Shown one piece after another: positions 15,001-29,075 of a stretch of DNA of 64,000 nt. The stretch comes from Squalus acanthias (taxonomy: Eukaryota). Where the stretch lies: the NCBI GenBank assembly GCA_030390025.1, contig CM059433.1, positions 15,254,001-15,318,000 on the forward strand, in the 5' to 3' direction. A program made the position numbers and the translations under genes. Within the stretch, counting starts at the first letter, position 1, and each line of letters starts with the position of its first letter. A model generated the notes under the pieces. The model ran no database searches, was not told where the DNA came from, and worked only from the letters and a program-made list of their open reading frames with translations.

Positions 15001-18000
15001 ATTGATCACTTTAACCCCTGGCCAGTGTATTGATCACTTTAACCCCTGGCCAGTGTATTGATCACTTTAACCCCTGGCCAGTGTATTGATCACTTTAACC
15101 CCTGGCCAGTGTATTGATCACTTTAACCCCTGGCCAGTGTATTGATCACTTTAACCCCTGGCCAGTGTATTGATCACTTTAACCCCTGGCCAGTGTATTG
15201 ATCACTTTAACCCCTGGCCAGTGTATTGATCACTTTAACCCCTGGCCAGTGTATTGATCACTTTAACCCCTGGCCAGTGTATTGATCACTTTAACCCCTG
15301 GCCAGTGTATTGATCACTTTAACCCCTGGCCAGTGTATTGATCACTTTAACCCCTGGCCAGTGTATTGATCACTTTAACCCCTGGCCAGTGTATTGATCA
15401 CTTTAACCCCTGGCCAGTGTATTGATCACTTTAACCCCTGGCCAGTGTATTGATCACTTTAACCCCTGGCCAGTGTATTGATCACTTTAACCCCTGGCCA
15501 GTGTATTGATCACTTTAACCCCTGGCCAGTGTATTGATCACTTTAACCCCTGGCCAGTGTATTGATCACTTTAACCCCTGGCCAGTGTATTGATCACTTT
15601 AACCCCTGGCCAGTTTATTGATCACTTTAACCCTGGCCAGTGTATTGATCACTTTAACCCCTGGCCAGTGTATTGATCACTTTAACCCCTGGCCAGTGTA
15701 TTGATCACTTTAACCCCTGGCCAGTGTATTGATCACTTTAACCCCTGGCCAGTGTATTGATCACTTTAACCCCTGGCCAGTGTATTGATCACTTTAACCC
15801 CTGGCCAGTGTATTGATCACTTTAACCCCTGGCCAGTGTATTGATCACTTTAACCCCTGGCCAGTGTATTGATCACTTTAACCCCTGGCCAGTGTATTGA
15901 TCACTTTAACCCCTGGCCAGTGTATTGATCACTTTAACCCCTGGCCAGTGTATTGATCACTTTAACCCCTGGCCAGTGTATTGATCACTTTAACCCCTGG
16001 CCAGTGTATTGATCACTTTAACCCCTGGCCAGTGTATTGATCACTTTAACCCCTGGCCAGTGTATTGATCACTTTAACCCCTGGCCAGTGTATTGATCAC
16101 TTTAACCCCTGGCCAGTGTATTGATCACTTTAACCCCTGGCCAGTGTATTGATCACTTTAACCCCTGGCCAGTGTATTGATCACTTTAACCCCTGGCCAG
16201 TGTATTGATCACTTTAACCCCTGGCCAGTGTATTGATCACTTTAACCCCTGGCCAGTGTATTGATCACTTTAACCCCTGGCCAGTGTATTGATCACTTTA
16301 ACCCCTGGCCAGTGTATTGATCACTTTAACCCCTGGCCAGTGTATTGATCACTTTAACCCCTGGCCAGTGTATTGATCACTTTAACCCCTGGCCAGTGTA
16401 TTGATCACTTTAACCCCTGGCCAGTGTATTGATCACTTTAACCCTGGCCAGTGTATTGATCACTTTAACCCCTGGCCAGTGTATTGATCACTTTAACCCC
16501 TGGCCAGTGTATTGATCACTTTAACCCCTGGCCAGTGTATTGATCACTTTAACCCCTGGCCAGTGTATTGATCACTTTAACCCCTGGCCAGTGTATTGAT
16601 CACTTTAACCCCTGGCCAGTGTATTGATCACTTTAACCCCTGGCCAGTGTATTGATCACTTTAACCCCTGGCCAGTGTATTGATCACTTTAACCCCTGGC
16701 CAGTGTATTGATCACTTTAACCCCTGGCCAGTGTATTGATCACTTTAACCCCTGGCCAGTGTATTGATCACTTTAACCCCTGGCCAGTGTATTGATCACT
16801 TTAACCCCTGGCCAGTGTATTGATCACTTTAACCCCTGGCCAGTGTATTGATCACTTTAACCCCTGGCCAGTGTATTGATCACTTTAACCCTGGCCAGTG
16901 TATTGATCACTTTAACCCCTGGCCAGTGTATTGATCACTTTAACCCCTGGCCAGTGTATTGATCACTTTAACCCCTGGCCAGTGTATTGATCACTTTAAC
17001 CCCTGGCCAGTGTATTGATCACTTTAACCCCTGGCCAGTGTATTGATCACTTTAACCCCTGGCCAGTGTATTGATCACTTTAACCCCTGGCCAGTGTATT
17101 GATCACTTTAACCCCTGGCCAGTGTATTGATCACTTTAACCCCTGGCCAGTGTATTGATCACTTTAACCCCTGGCCAGTGTATTGATCACTTTAACCCCT
17201 GGCCAGTGTATTGATCACTTTAACCCCTGGCCAGTGTATTGATCACTTTAACCCCTGGCCAGTGTATTGATCACTTTAACCCTGGCCAGTGTATTGATCA
17301 CTTTAACCCCTGGCCAGTGTATTGATCACTTTAACCCCTGGCCAGTGTATTGATCACTTTAACCCCTGGCCAGTGTATTGATCACTTTAACCCCTGGCCA
17401 GTGTATTGATCACTTTAACCCCTGGCCAGTGTATTGATCACTTTAACCCCTGGCCAGTGTATTGATCACTTTAACCCCTGGCCAGTGTATTGATCACTTT
17501 AACCCCTGGCCAGTGTATTGATCACTTTAACCCCTGGCCAGTGTATTGATCACTTTAACCCCTGGCCAGTGTATTGATCACTTTAACCCCTGGCCAGTGT
17601 ATTGATCACTTTAACCCTGGCCAGTGTATTGATCACTTTAACCCCTGGCCAGTGTATTGATCACTTTAACCCCTGGCCAGTGTATTGATCACTTTAACCC
17701 CTGGCCAGTGTATTGATCACTTTAACCCTGGCCAGTGTATTGATCACTTTAACCCCTGGCCAGTGTATTGATCACTTTAACCCCTGGCCAGTGTATTGAT
17801 CACTTTAACCCCTGGCCAGTGTATTGATCACTTTAACCCCTGGCCAGTGTATTGATCACTTTAACCCCTGGCCAGTGTATTGATCACTTTAACCCTGGCC
17901 AGTGTATTGATCACTTTAACCCCTGGCCAGTGTATTGATCACTTTAACCCTGGCCAGTGTATTGATCACTTTAACCCCTGGCCAGTGTATTGATCACTTT

Positions 18001-21000
18001 AACCCCTGGCCAGTGTATTGATCACTTTAACCCCTGGCCAGTGTATTGATCACTTTAACCCCTGGCCAGTGTATTGATCACTTTAACCCCTGGCCAGTGT
18101 ATTGATCACTTTAACCCCTGGCCAGTGTATTGATCACTTTAACCCCTGGCCAGTGTATTGATCACTTTAACCCCTGGCCAGTGTATTGATCACTTTAACC
18201 CCTGGCCAGTGTATTGATCACTTTAACCCCTGGCCAGTGTATTGATCACTTTAACCCCTGGCCAGTGTATTGATCACTTTAACCCCTGGCCAGTGTATTG
18301 ATCACTTTAACCCCTGGCCAGTGTATTGATCACTTTAACCCCTGGCCAGTGTATTGATCACTTTAACCCCTGGCCAGTGTATTGATCACTTTAACCCCTG
18401 GCCAGTGTATTGATCACTTTAACCCTGGCCAGTGTATTGATCACTTTAACCCCTGGCCAGTGTATTGATCACTTTAACCCCTGGCCAGTGTATTGATCAC
18501 TTTAACCCCTGGCCAGTGTATTGATCACTTTAACCCCTGGCCAGTGTATTGATCACTTTAACCCCTGGCCAGTGTATTGATCACTTTAACCCCTGGCCAG
18601 TGTATTGATCACTTTAACCCCTGGCCAGTGTATTGATCACTTTAACCCCTGGCCAGTGTATTGATCACTTTAACCCCTGGCCAGTGTATTGATCACTTTA
18701 ACCCCTGGCCAGTGTATTGATCACTTTAACCCCTGGCCAGTGTATTGATCACTTTAACCCCTGGCCAGTGTATTGATCACTTTAACCCCTGGCCAGTGTA
18801 TTGATCACTTTAACCCCTGGCCAGTGTATTGATCACTTTAACCCCTGGCCAGTGTATTGATCACTTTAACCCCTGGCCAGTGTATTGATCACTTTAACCC
18901 CTGGCCAGTGTATTGATCACTTTAACCCCTGGCCAGTGTATTGATCACTTTAACCCCTGGCCAGTGTATTGATCACTTTAACCCCTGGCCAGTGTATTGA
19001 TCACTTTAACCCCTGGCCAGTGTATTGATCACTTTAACCCCTGGCCAGTGTATTGATCACTTTAACCCCTGGCCAGTGTATTGATCACTTTAACCCCTGG
19101 CCAGTGTATTGATCACTTTAACCCCTGGCCAGTGTATTGATCACTTTAACCCCTGGCCAGTGTATTGATCACTTTAACCCCTGGCCAGTGTATTGATCAC
19201 TTTAACCCCTGGCCAGTGTATTGATCACTTTAACCCCTGGCCAGTGTATTGATCACTTTAACCCCTGGCCAGTGTATTGATCACTTTAACCCCTGGCCAG
19301 TGTATTGATCACTTTAACCCCTGGCCAGTGTATTGATCACTTTAACCCCTGGCCAGTGTATTGATCACTTTAACCCCTGGCCAGTGTATTGATCACTTTA
19401 ACCCCTGGCCAGTGTATTGATCACTTTAACCCCTGGCCAGTGTATTGATCACTTTAACCCCTGGCCAGTGTATTGATCACTTTAACCCCTGGCCAGTGTA
19501 TTGATCACTTTAACCCCTGGCCAGTGTATTGATCACTTTAACCCCTGGCCAGTGTATTGATCACTTTAACCCCTGGCCAGTGTATTGATCACTTTAACCC
19601 CTGGCCAGTGTATTGATCACTTTAACCCCTGGCCAGTGTATTGATCACTTTAACCCCTGGCCAGTGTATTGATCACTTTAACCCCTGGCCAGTGTATTGA
19701 TCACTTTAACCCCTGGCCAGTGTATTGATCACTTTAACCCCTGGCCAGTGTATTGATCACTTTAACCCCTGGCCAGTGTATTGATCACTTTAACCCCTGG
19801 CCAGTGTATTGATCACTTTAACCCCTGGCCAGTGTATTGATCACTTTAACCCCTGGCCAGTGTATTGATCACTTTAACCCCTGGCCAGTGTATTGATCAC
19901 TTTAACCCCTGGCCAGTGTATTGATCACTTTAACCCCTGGCCAGTGTATTGATCACTTTAACCCCTGGCCAGTGTATTGATCACTTTAACCCCTGGCCAG
20001 TGTATTGATCACTTTAACCCCTGGCCAGTGTATTGATCACTTTAACCCCTGGCCAGTGTATTGATCACTTTAACCCCTGGCCAGTGTATTGATCACTTTA
20101 ACCCCTGGCCAGTGTATTGATCACTTTAACCCCTGGCCAGTGTATTGATCACTTTAACCCCTGGCCAGTGTATTGATCACTTTAACCCCTGGCCAGTGTA
20201 TTGATCACTTTAACCCCTGGCCAGTGTATTGATCACTTTAACCCCTGGCCAGTGTATTGATCACTTTAACCCCTGGCCAGTGTATTGATCACTTTAACCC
20301 CTGGCCAGTGTATTGATCACTTTAACCCCTGGCCAGTGTATTGATCACTTTAACCCCTGGCCAGTGTATTGATCACTTTAACCCCTGGCCAGTGTATTGA
20401 TCACTTTAACCCCTGGCCAGTGTATTGATCACTTTAACCCCTGGCCAGTGTATTGATCACTTTAACCCCTGGCCAGTGTATTGATCACTTTAACCCCTGG
20501 CCAGTGTATTGATCACTTTAACCCCTGGCCAGTGTATTGATCACTTTAACCCCTGGCCAGTGTATTGATCACTTTAACCCCTGGCCAGTGTATTGATCAC
20601 TTTAACCCCTGGCCAGTGTATTGATCACTTTAACCCCTGGCCAGTGTATTGATCACTTTAACCCCTGGCCAGTGTATTGATCACTTTAACCCCTGGCCAG
20701 TGTATTGATCACTTTAACCCCTGGCCAGTGTATTGATCACTTTAACCCCTGGCCAGTGTATTGATCACTTTAACCCCTGGCCAGTGTATTGATCACTTTA
20801 ACCCCTGGCCAGTGTATTGATCACTTTAACCCCTGGCCAGTGTATTGATCACTTTAACCCCTGGCCAGTGTATTGATCACTTTAACCCCTGGCCAGTGTA
20901 TTGATCACTTTAACCCCTGGCCAGTGTATTGATCACTTTAACCCCTGGCCAGTGTATTGATCACTTTAACCCCTGGCCAGTGTATTGATCACTTTAACCC

Positions 21001-24000
21001 CTGGCCAGTGTATTGATCACTTTAACCCCTGGCCAGTGTATTGATCACTTTAACCCCTGGCCAGTGTATTGATCACTTTAACCCCTGGCCAGTGTATTGA
21101 TCACTTTAACCCCTGGCCAGTGTATTGATCACTTTAACCCCTGGCCAGTGTATTGATCACTTTAACCCCGGCCAGTGTATTGATCACTTTAACCCCTGGC
21201 CAGTGTATTGATCACTTTAACCCCTGGCCAGTGTATTGATCACTTTAACCCCTGGCCAGTGTATTGATCACTTTAACCCCTGGCCAGTGTATTGATCACT
21301 TTAACCCCTGGCCAGTGTATTGATCACTTTAACCCCTGGCCAGTGTATTGATCACTTTAACCCCTGGCCAGTGTATTGATCACTTTAACCCCTGGCCAGT
21401 GTATTGATCACTTTAACCCCTGGCCAGTGTATTGATCACTTTAACCCCTGGCCAGTGTATTGATCACTTTAACCCCTGGCCAGTGTATTGATCACTTTAA
21501 CCCCTGGCCAGTGTATTGATCACTTTAACCCCTGGCCAGTGTATTGATCACTTTAACCCCTGGCCAGTGTATTGATCACTTTAACCCCTGGCCGGTGTAT
21601 TGATCACTTTAACCCCTGGCCAGTGTATTGATCACTTTAACCCCTGGCCAGTGTATTGATCACTTTAACCCCTGGCCAGTGTATTGATCACTTTAACCCC
21701 TGGCCAGTGTATTGATCACTTTAACCCCTGGCCAGTGTATTGATCACTTTAACCCCCCGGCCAGTGTATTGATCACTTTAACCCCTGGCCAGTGTATTGA
21801 TCACTTTAACCCCTGGCCAGTGTATTGATCACTTTAACCCCTGGCCAGTGTATTGATCACTTTAACCCCTGGCCAGTGTATTGATCACTTTAACCCCTGG
21901 CCAGTGTATTGATCACTTTAACCCCTGGCCGGTGTATTGATCACTTGAACCCCTGGCCAGTGTATTGATCACTTTAACCCCCCGGTTAGTGTGTTGATCA
22001 CTTTAACCCCTGGCCAGTGTATTGATCACTTTCACCTCTGGCCAGTGTATTGATCACTTTAACCCCTGGCCAGTGTATTGATCACTTTAACCCCTGGCCT
22101 GTGTATTGATCACTTTAACCCCTGGCCAGTGTATAGATCACTTTAACCCCTGGCCTGTGTATTGATCACTTTAACCCCTGGCCAGTGTATTGATCACTTT
22201 AACCCCTGGCCAGTGTATTGATCACTTTAACCCCTGGCCAGTGTATTGATCACTTTAACCCCTGGCCAGTGTATTGATCACTTTAACCCCTGGCCAGTGT
22301 ATTGATCACTTTAACCCCCGGCCAGTGTATTGATCACTTTAACCTCTGGCCGGTGTATTGATCACTTTAAACCCGGGCCAGTGTATTGATCACTTTAACC
22401 CCTGGCGAGTGTTTTGATCACTTTAGCCCCCGGCCAGTGTATTGATCACTTTAACCCCCGGCCAGTGTATTGATCACATTAACCCCTGGCCTGTGTATTG
22501 ATCACATTAACCTCTGGCCAGTTTATTGATCACTTTAACCCCTGGCCAGTGTATTGATCACTTTAACCCCTGGCCAGTGTATTGATCACTTTAACCCCTG
22601 GCCAGTTTATTGATCACTTTATCCCCTGGCCAGTGTATTGATCACTTTAACCCCTGGCCAGTGTATTGATCACTTTAACCCCGGCCAGTGTATTGATCAC
22701 TTTAACCCTGGCCAGTGTATTGATCACTTTAACCCCTGGCCTGTGTATTGATCACTTTAACCCCTGGCCAGTGTATTGATCACTTTAACCCCTGGCCAGT
22801 GTATTGATCACTTTAACCCCTGGCCAGTGTATTGATCACTTTAACCCCTGGCCAGTGTATTGATCACTTTAACCCCTGGCCAGTGTATTGATCACTTTAT
22901 CCCCTGGCCAGTGTATTGATCACTTTAACCCCTGGCCAGTGTATTGATCACTTTAACCCCTGGCCAGTGTATTGATCACTTTAACCCCTGGCCAGTGTAT
23001 TGATCACTTTAACCCCTGGCCAGTGTATTGATCACTTTAACCCCTGGCCAGTGTATTGATCACTTTAACCCCTGGCGAGTGTATTGATCACTTTAACCCC
23101 TGGCCAGTGTATTGATCACTTTAACCCCTGGCCAGTGTATTGATCACTTTAACCCCTGGCCAGTGTATTGATCACTTTAACCCCTGGCAGTGTATTGATC
23201 ACTTTAACCCCTGGCCAGTGTATTGATCACTTTAACCCCTGGCCAGTGTATTGATCACTTTAACCCCTGGCCAGTGTATTGATCACTTTAACCCCTGGCC
23301 AGTGTATTGATCACTTTAACCCCTGGCCAGTGTATTGATCACTTTAACCCCTGGCCAGTGTATTGATCACTTTAACCCCTGGCCAGTGTATTGATCACTT
23401 TAACCCCTGGCCAGTGTATTGATCACTTTAACCCCTGGCCAGTGTATTGATCACTTTAACCCCTGGCCAGTGTATTGATCACTTTAACCCCTGGCCAGTG
23501 TATTGATCACTTTAACCCCTGGCCAGTGTATTGATCACTTTAACCCCTGGCCAGTGTATTGATCACTTTAACCCCTGGCCAGTGTATTGATCACTTTAAC
23601 CCCTGGCCAGTGTATTGATCACTTTAACCCCTGGCCAGTGTATTGATCACTTTAACCCCTGGCCAGTGTATTGATCACTTTAACCCCTGGCCAGTGTATT
23701 GATCACTTTAACCCCTGGCCAGTGTATTGATCACTTTAACCCCTGGCCAGTGTATTGATCACTTTAACCCCTGGCCAGTGTATTGATCACTTTAACCCCT
23801 GGCCAGTGTATTGATCACTTTAACCCCTGGCCAGTGTATTGATCACTTTAACCCCTGGCCAGTGTATTGATCACTTTAACCCCTGGCCAGTTTATTGATC
23901 ACTTTAACCCCTGGCCAGTGTATTGATCACTTTAACCCCTGGCCAGTGTATTGATCACTTTAACCCCTGGCCAGTGTATTGATCACTTTAACCCCTGGCC

Positions 24001-27000
24001 AGTGTATTGATCACTTTAACCCCTGGCCAGTGTATTGATCACTTTAACCCCTGGCCAGTGTATTGATCACTTTAACCCCTGGCCAGTGTATTGATCACTT
24101 TAACCCCTGGCCAGTGTATTGATCACTTTAAACCCGGCCAGTGTATTGATCACTTTAACCCCTGGCCAGTGTATTGATCACTTTAACCCCTGGCCAGTGT
24201 ATTGATCACTTTAACCCCTGGCCAGTGTATTGATCACTTTAACCCCTGGCCAGTGTATTGATCACTTTAACCCCTGGCCAGTGTATTGATCACTTTAACC
24301 CCTGGCCAGTGTATTGATCACTTTAACCCCTGGCCAGTGTATTGATCACTTTAACCCCTGGCCAGTGTATTGATCACTTTAAACCCTGGCCAGTGTATTG
24401 ATCACTTTAACCCCTGGCCAGTGTATTGATCACTTTAACCCCTGGCCAGTGTATTGATCACTTTAACCTCTGGCCAGTGTATTGATCACTTTAACCCCTG
24501 GCCAGTGTATTGATCACTTTAACCCCTGGCTGGTGTATTGATCACTTTAACGCCTGGCCAGTGTATTGATCACTTTAACCCCTGGCCAGTGTATTGATCA
24601 CTTTAACCCCTGGCCAGTGTATTGATCACTTTAACCCCTGGCCAGTGTATTGATCACTTTAAACCCCGGCCAGTGTATTGATCACTTTAAACCCTGGCCA
24701 GTGTATTGATCACTTTAACCCCTGGCCAGTGTATTGATCACTTTAACCCCTGGCCAGTGTATTGATCACTTTAACCCCTGGCCAGTGTATTGATCACTTT
24801 AACCCTGGCCAGTTTATTGATCACTTTAACCCCGGCCAGTGTATTGATCACTTTAACCCCTGGCCAGTGTATTGATCACTTTAACCCCTGGCCAGTGTAT
24901 TGATCACTTTAACCCCTGGCCAGTGTATTGATCACTTTAACCCCTGGCCAGTGTATTGATCACTTTAACCCCCGGCCAGTGTATTGATCACTTTAACCCC
25001 TGGCCAGTGTATTGATCACTTGAACCCCTGGCCAGTGTATTGATCACTTTAACCCCTGGCCAGTGTATTGATCACTTTAACCCCTGGCCAGTGTATTGAT
25101 CTCTTTAAACTCTGGCCAGTTTATTGATCACATTATCACCTGGCCAGTGTATTGATCACTTTAACCCCTGGCCAGTGTATTGATCACTTTAACCGCTGGC
25201 CAGTGTATTGATCACTTTAACCTCTGGCCAGTGTATTGATCACTTTAACCGCTTGCCAGTGTATTGATCACTTTAACCGCTGGCCAGTGTATTGATCACT
25301 TTAATCCCTGGCCAGTGAATTGATCACTTTAACCGCTGGCCAGTGTATTGATCACATTAATCCCTGGCCAGTGTATTGATCACATTACACCTGGCCAGTG
25401 TATTGATCACTTTAACCCCTGGCCAGTGTATTGCTCACATTATCACCTGGCCAGTGTATTGATCACTTTAACCCCTGGCCAGTGTATTGATCACTTTAAC
25501 CGCTGGCCAGTGTATTGATCACTTTAACCTCTGGCCAGTGTATTGAACACTTTAACCGCTGGCCAGTGTATTGATCACTTTAACCTCTGGCCAGTGTATT
25601 GATCACTTTAACCACTGGCCAGTGTATTGATCACTTTAACCGCTGGCCAGTGTATTGATCACTTCAATCCCTGGCCAGTGTATTGATCACATTATCACCT
25701 GGCCAGTGTGTTGATCACTTTAACCCCTGGCCAGTGTATTGATCACTTTAACCGCTGGCCAGTGTATTGATCACTTTAACCTCTGGCCAGTGTATTGATC
25801 ACTTTAACCTCTGGCCAGTGTATTGATCACTTTAACCCCTGGCCTGTGTATTGATCACTTTAACCCCTGGCCAGTGTATTGATCACTTTAACCCCTGGCC
25901 AGTTTATTGATCACTTAACCCCTGGCCAGTGTATTGATCACTTTAACCCCTGGCCAGTGTATTGATCACTTTAAACCCTGGCCAGTTTATTGATCACTTT
26001 AACCCCTGGCCAGTTTATTGATCACCTTAACCCCTGGCCAGTGTATTGATCACTTTAACCCCTGGCCGGTGAATTGATCACTTTAACCCCTGGCCAGTGT
26101 ATTGATCACTTTAACCCCTGGCCAGTATATTGATAACTTTAACCCCTGGCCAGTGTATTGATCACTTTAACCCCTGGCCAGTGTATTGATCACTTTAAAC
26201 CCTGGCCAGTTTATTGATCACTTTAACCCCTGGCCAGTTTATTGATCACCTTAACCCCTGGCCAGTGTATTGATCACTTTAACCTCTGGCCAATGTATTG
26301 ATCACTTTAACCCGTGGCCAGTGTATTGATCACTTTAACTTCTGGCCAATGTATTGATCACTTTAACCCCTGGCCAGTGTATTGATCACATTATCACCTG
26401 GCCAGTGTATTGATCACTTTAACCCCTGGCCAGTGTATTGATCACTTTAACCGCTGGCCAGTGTATTGATCACTTTAACCTCTGGCCAGTGTATTGATCA
26501 CTTTCACCTCTGGCCAGTGTATTGATCACTTTAACCCCTGGCTTGTGTATTCAGCAGTTTAACCCCTGGCCAGTGTATTGATCACTTTAACCCCTGGCCA
26601 GTTTATTGATCACCTTAACCCCTGGCCAGTGTATTGATCACTTTAACCCCTGGCCAGTGTATTGTTCACTTTAAACCCTGGCCAGTTTATTGATCACTTT
26701 AACCCCTGGCCAGTTTATTGATCACCTTAACCCCTGGCCAGTGTATTGATCACTTTAACCCCTGGCCGGTGTATTGATCACTTTAACCCCTGGCCAGTGT
26801 ATTGATCACTTTAACCCCTGGCCAGTATATTGATAACTTTAACCCCTGGCCAGTGTATTGATCACTTTAACCCCTGGCCAGTGTATTGATCACTTTAAAC
26901 CCTGGCCAGTTTATTGATCACTTTAACCCCTGGCCAGTTTATTGATCACCTTAACCCCTGGCCAGTGTATTGATCACTTTAACCCCTGGCCAGTGTATTG

Positions 27001-29075
27001 ATCACTTTAACCCCTGGCCAGTGTATTGATCACTTTAACCCGTGGCCAGTGTATTGATCACTTTAACCCCTGGCCAGTGTATTGATCACTTTAACCCCTG
27101 GCCAGTGTATTGATCACTTTAACCCCTGGCAGGTGTATTGATCACTTTAACCCCTGGCCAGTGTATTGATCACTTTAACCCCTGGCCAGTGTATTGATCA
27201 CTTTAACCCTGGCCAGTGTATTGATCACTTTAACCCTGGCCAGTGTATTGATCACTTTAACCCCTGGCCAGTGTATTGATCACTTTAACCCCTGGCCAGT
27301 GTATTGATCACTTAACCCCTGGCCAGTGTATTGATCACTTTAACCCCTGGCCAGTTTATTGATCACTTTAACCCCTGGCCAGTGTATTGATCACTTTAAC
27401 CCCGGCCAGTGTATTGATCACTTAACCCCTGGCCAGTGTATTGATCACTTTAACCCCTGGCCAGTGTATTGATCACTTTAACCCTGGCTAGTGTATTGAT
27501 CACTTTAACCCCTGGCCAGTGTATTGATCACTTTAACCCTGGCCAGTGTATTGATCACTTTAACCCCTGCCCAGTGTCTTGATCACTTTAACCCCTGGCC
27601 AGTGTATTGATCACTTTAACCTCGGCTAGTGTATTGATCTCTTTAACCCCTTGCAAGTGTATTGATCACTTTAAACCCTGGCCAGTTTATTGATCACTTT
27701 AAACCCTGGCCAGTGTATTGATCACTTTAACCCCTGGCCAGTGTATTGATCACTTTAACCCCTGGCCAGTGTATTGATCACTTTAACCCCTGGCCAGTGT
27801 ATTGATCACTTTAACCCCTGGCCAGTGTATTGATCACTTTAACCCGTGGCCAGTGTATTGATCACTTTAACCCCTGGCCAGTTTATTGATCACTTTAACC
27901 CCTGGCCAGTGTATTGATCACTTTAACCCCTGGCCAGTGTATTGATCTCTTTAACCCCTGGCCAGTGTATTGATCTCTTTAACCCCTGGCCAGTGTATTG
28001 ATCTCTTTAACCCCAGGCCAGTGTATTGATCACATTATCACCTGACCAGTGTATTGATCACTTTAACCCCTGGCTAGTGTATTGATCTCTTTAACCCCTG
28101 GCCAGTGTATTGATCACTTTAACCCCTGGCCAGTGTATTGATCACTTTAACCCGTGGCCAGTTTATTGATCACTTTAACCCCTGGCCAGTGTATTGATCA
28201 CTTTAACCCCTGGCCAGTTTATTGATCACTTTAACCCCTGGCCAGTGTATTGATCACTTTAACCCCTGGCCAGTGTATTGATCACTTTAACCCCTGGCCA
28301 GTTTATTGATCACTTTAACCCGTGGCCAGTGTATTGATCACTTTAACCCCTGGCCAGTGTATTGATCACTTTAACCCCTGGCCAGTGTATTGATCACTTT
28401 AACCCCTGGCCAGTGTATTGATCTCTTTAACCCCTGGCCAGTGTATTGATCACTTTAACCCCCGGCCAGTTTATTGATCACTTTAACCCCTGGCCAGTGT
28501 ATTGATCACTTTAACCCCTGGCCAGTGTATTGATCACTTTAACCCCTGGCCAGTTTATTGATCACTTTAACCCCTGGCCAGTGTATTGATCACTTTAACC
28601 CCTGGCCAGTTTATTTATCACTTTAACCCCTGGCCAGTGTATTGATCTCTTTAACCCCTGGCCAGTGTATTGATCTCTTTAACCCCTGGCCAGTGTATTG
28701 ATCACTTTATCACCTGGCCAGTGTATTGATCACATTATCACCTGGCCAGTGTATTGATCACTTTAACCACTGGCCGGTGTATTGATCACTTTAACCCCTG
28801 GCCAGTGTATTGATCACTTTAATCTCTGGCTGGTGTATTGATCACTTTAACCCCTGGCCAGTGTATTGATCACTTTAACCCCTGGCCAGTGTATTGATCA
28901 CTTTAACCCCTGGCCAGTGTATTGATCACTTTAATCTCTGGCTGGTGTATTGATCACTTTAACCCCCAGCCAGTGTATTGATCACTTTAATCTCTGGCTG
29001 GTGTATTGATCACTTTAACCACTGGCCAGTGTATTGATCACTTTAACCTCTGGCCGGTGTATTGATCACTTTAAC
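1..29075. repeat. Tandem satellite array, 28-bp monomer TATTGATCACTTTAACCCCTGGCCAGTG (~1040 copies; runs off the left edge)
   Basis: The 28-bp period is directly visible from position 1. No spacers. Ends at ...GATCACTTTAAC|ACATG (29075). Confidence 0.99.

Noticed and set aside
1..29075. CRISPR array (28-bp, partly palindromic repeat)
   Set aside because: Head-to-tail repeats with no spacers, no cas genes, vertebrate context.
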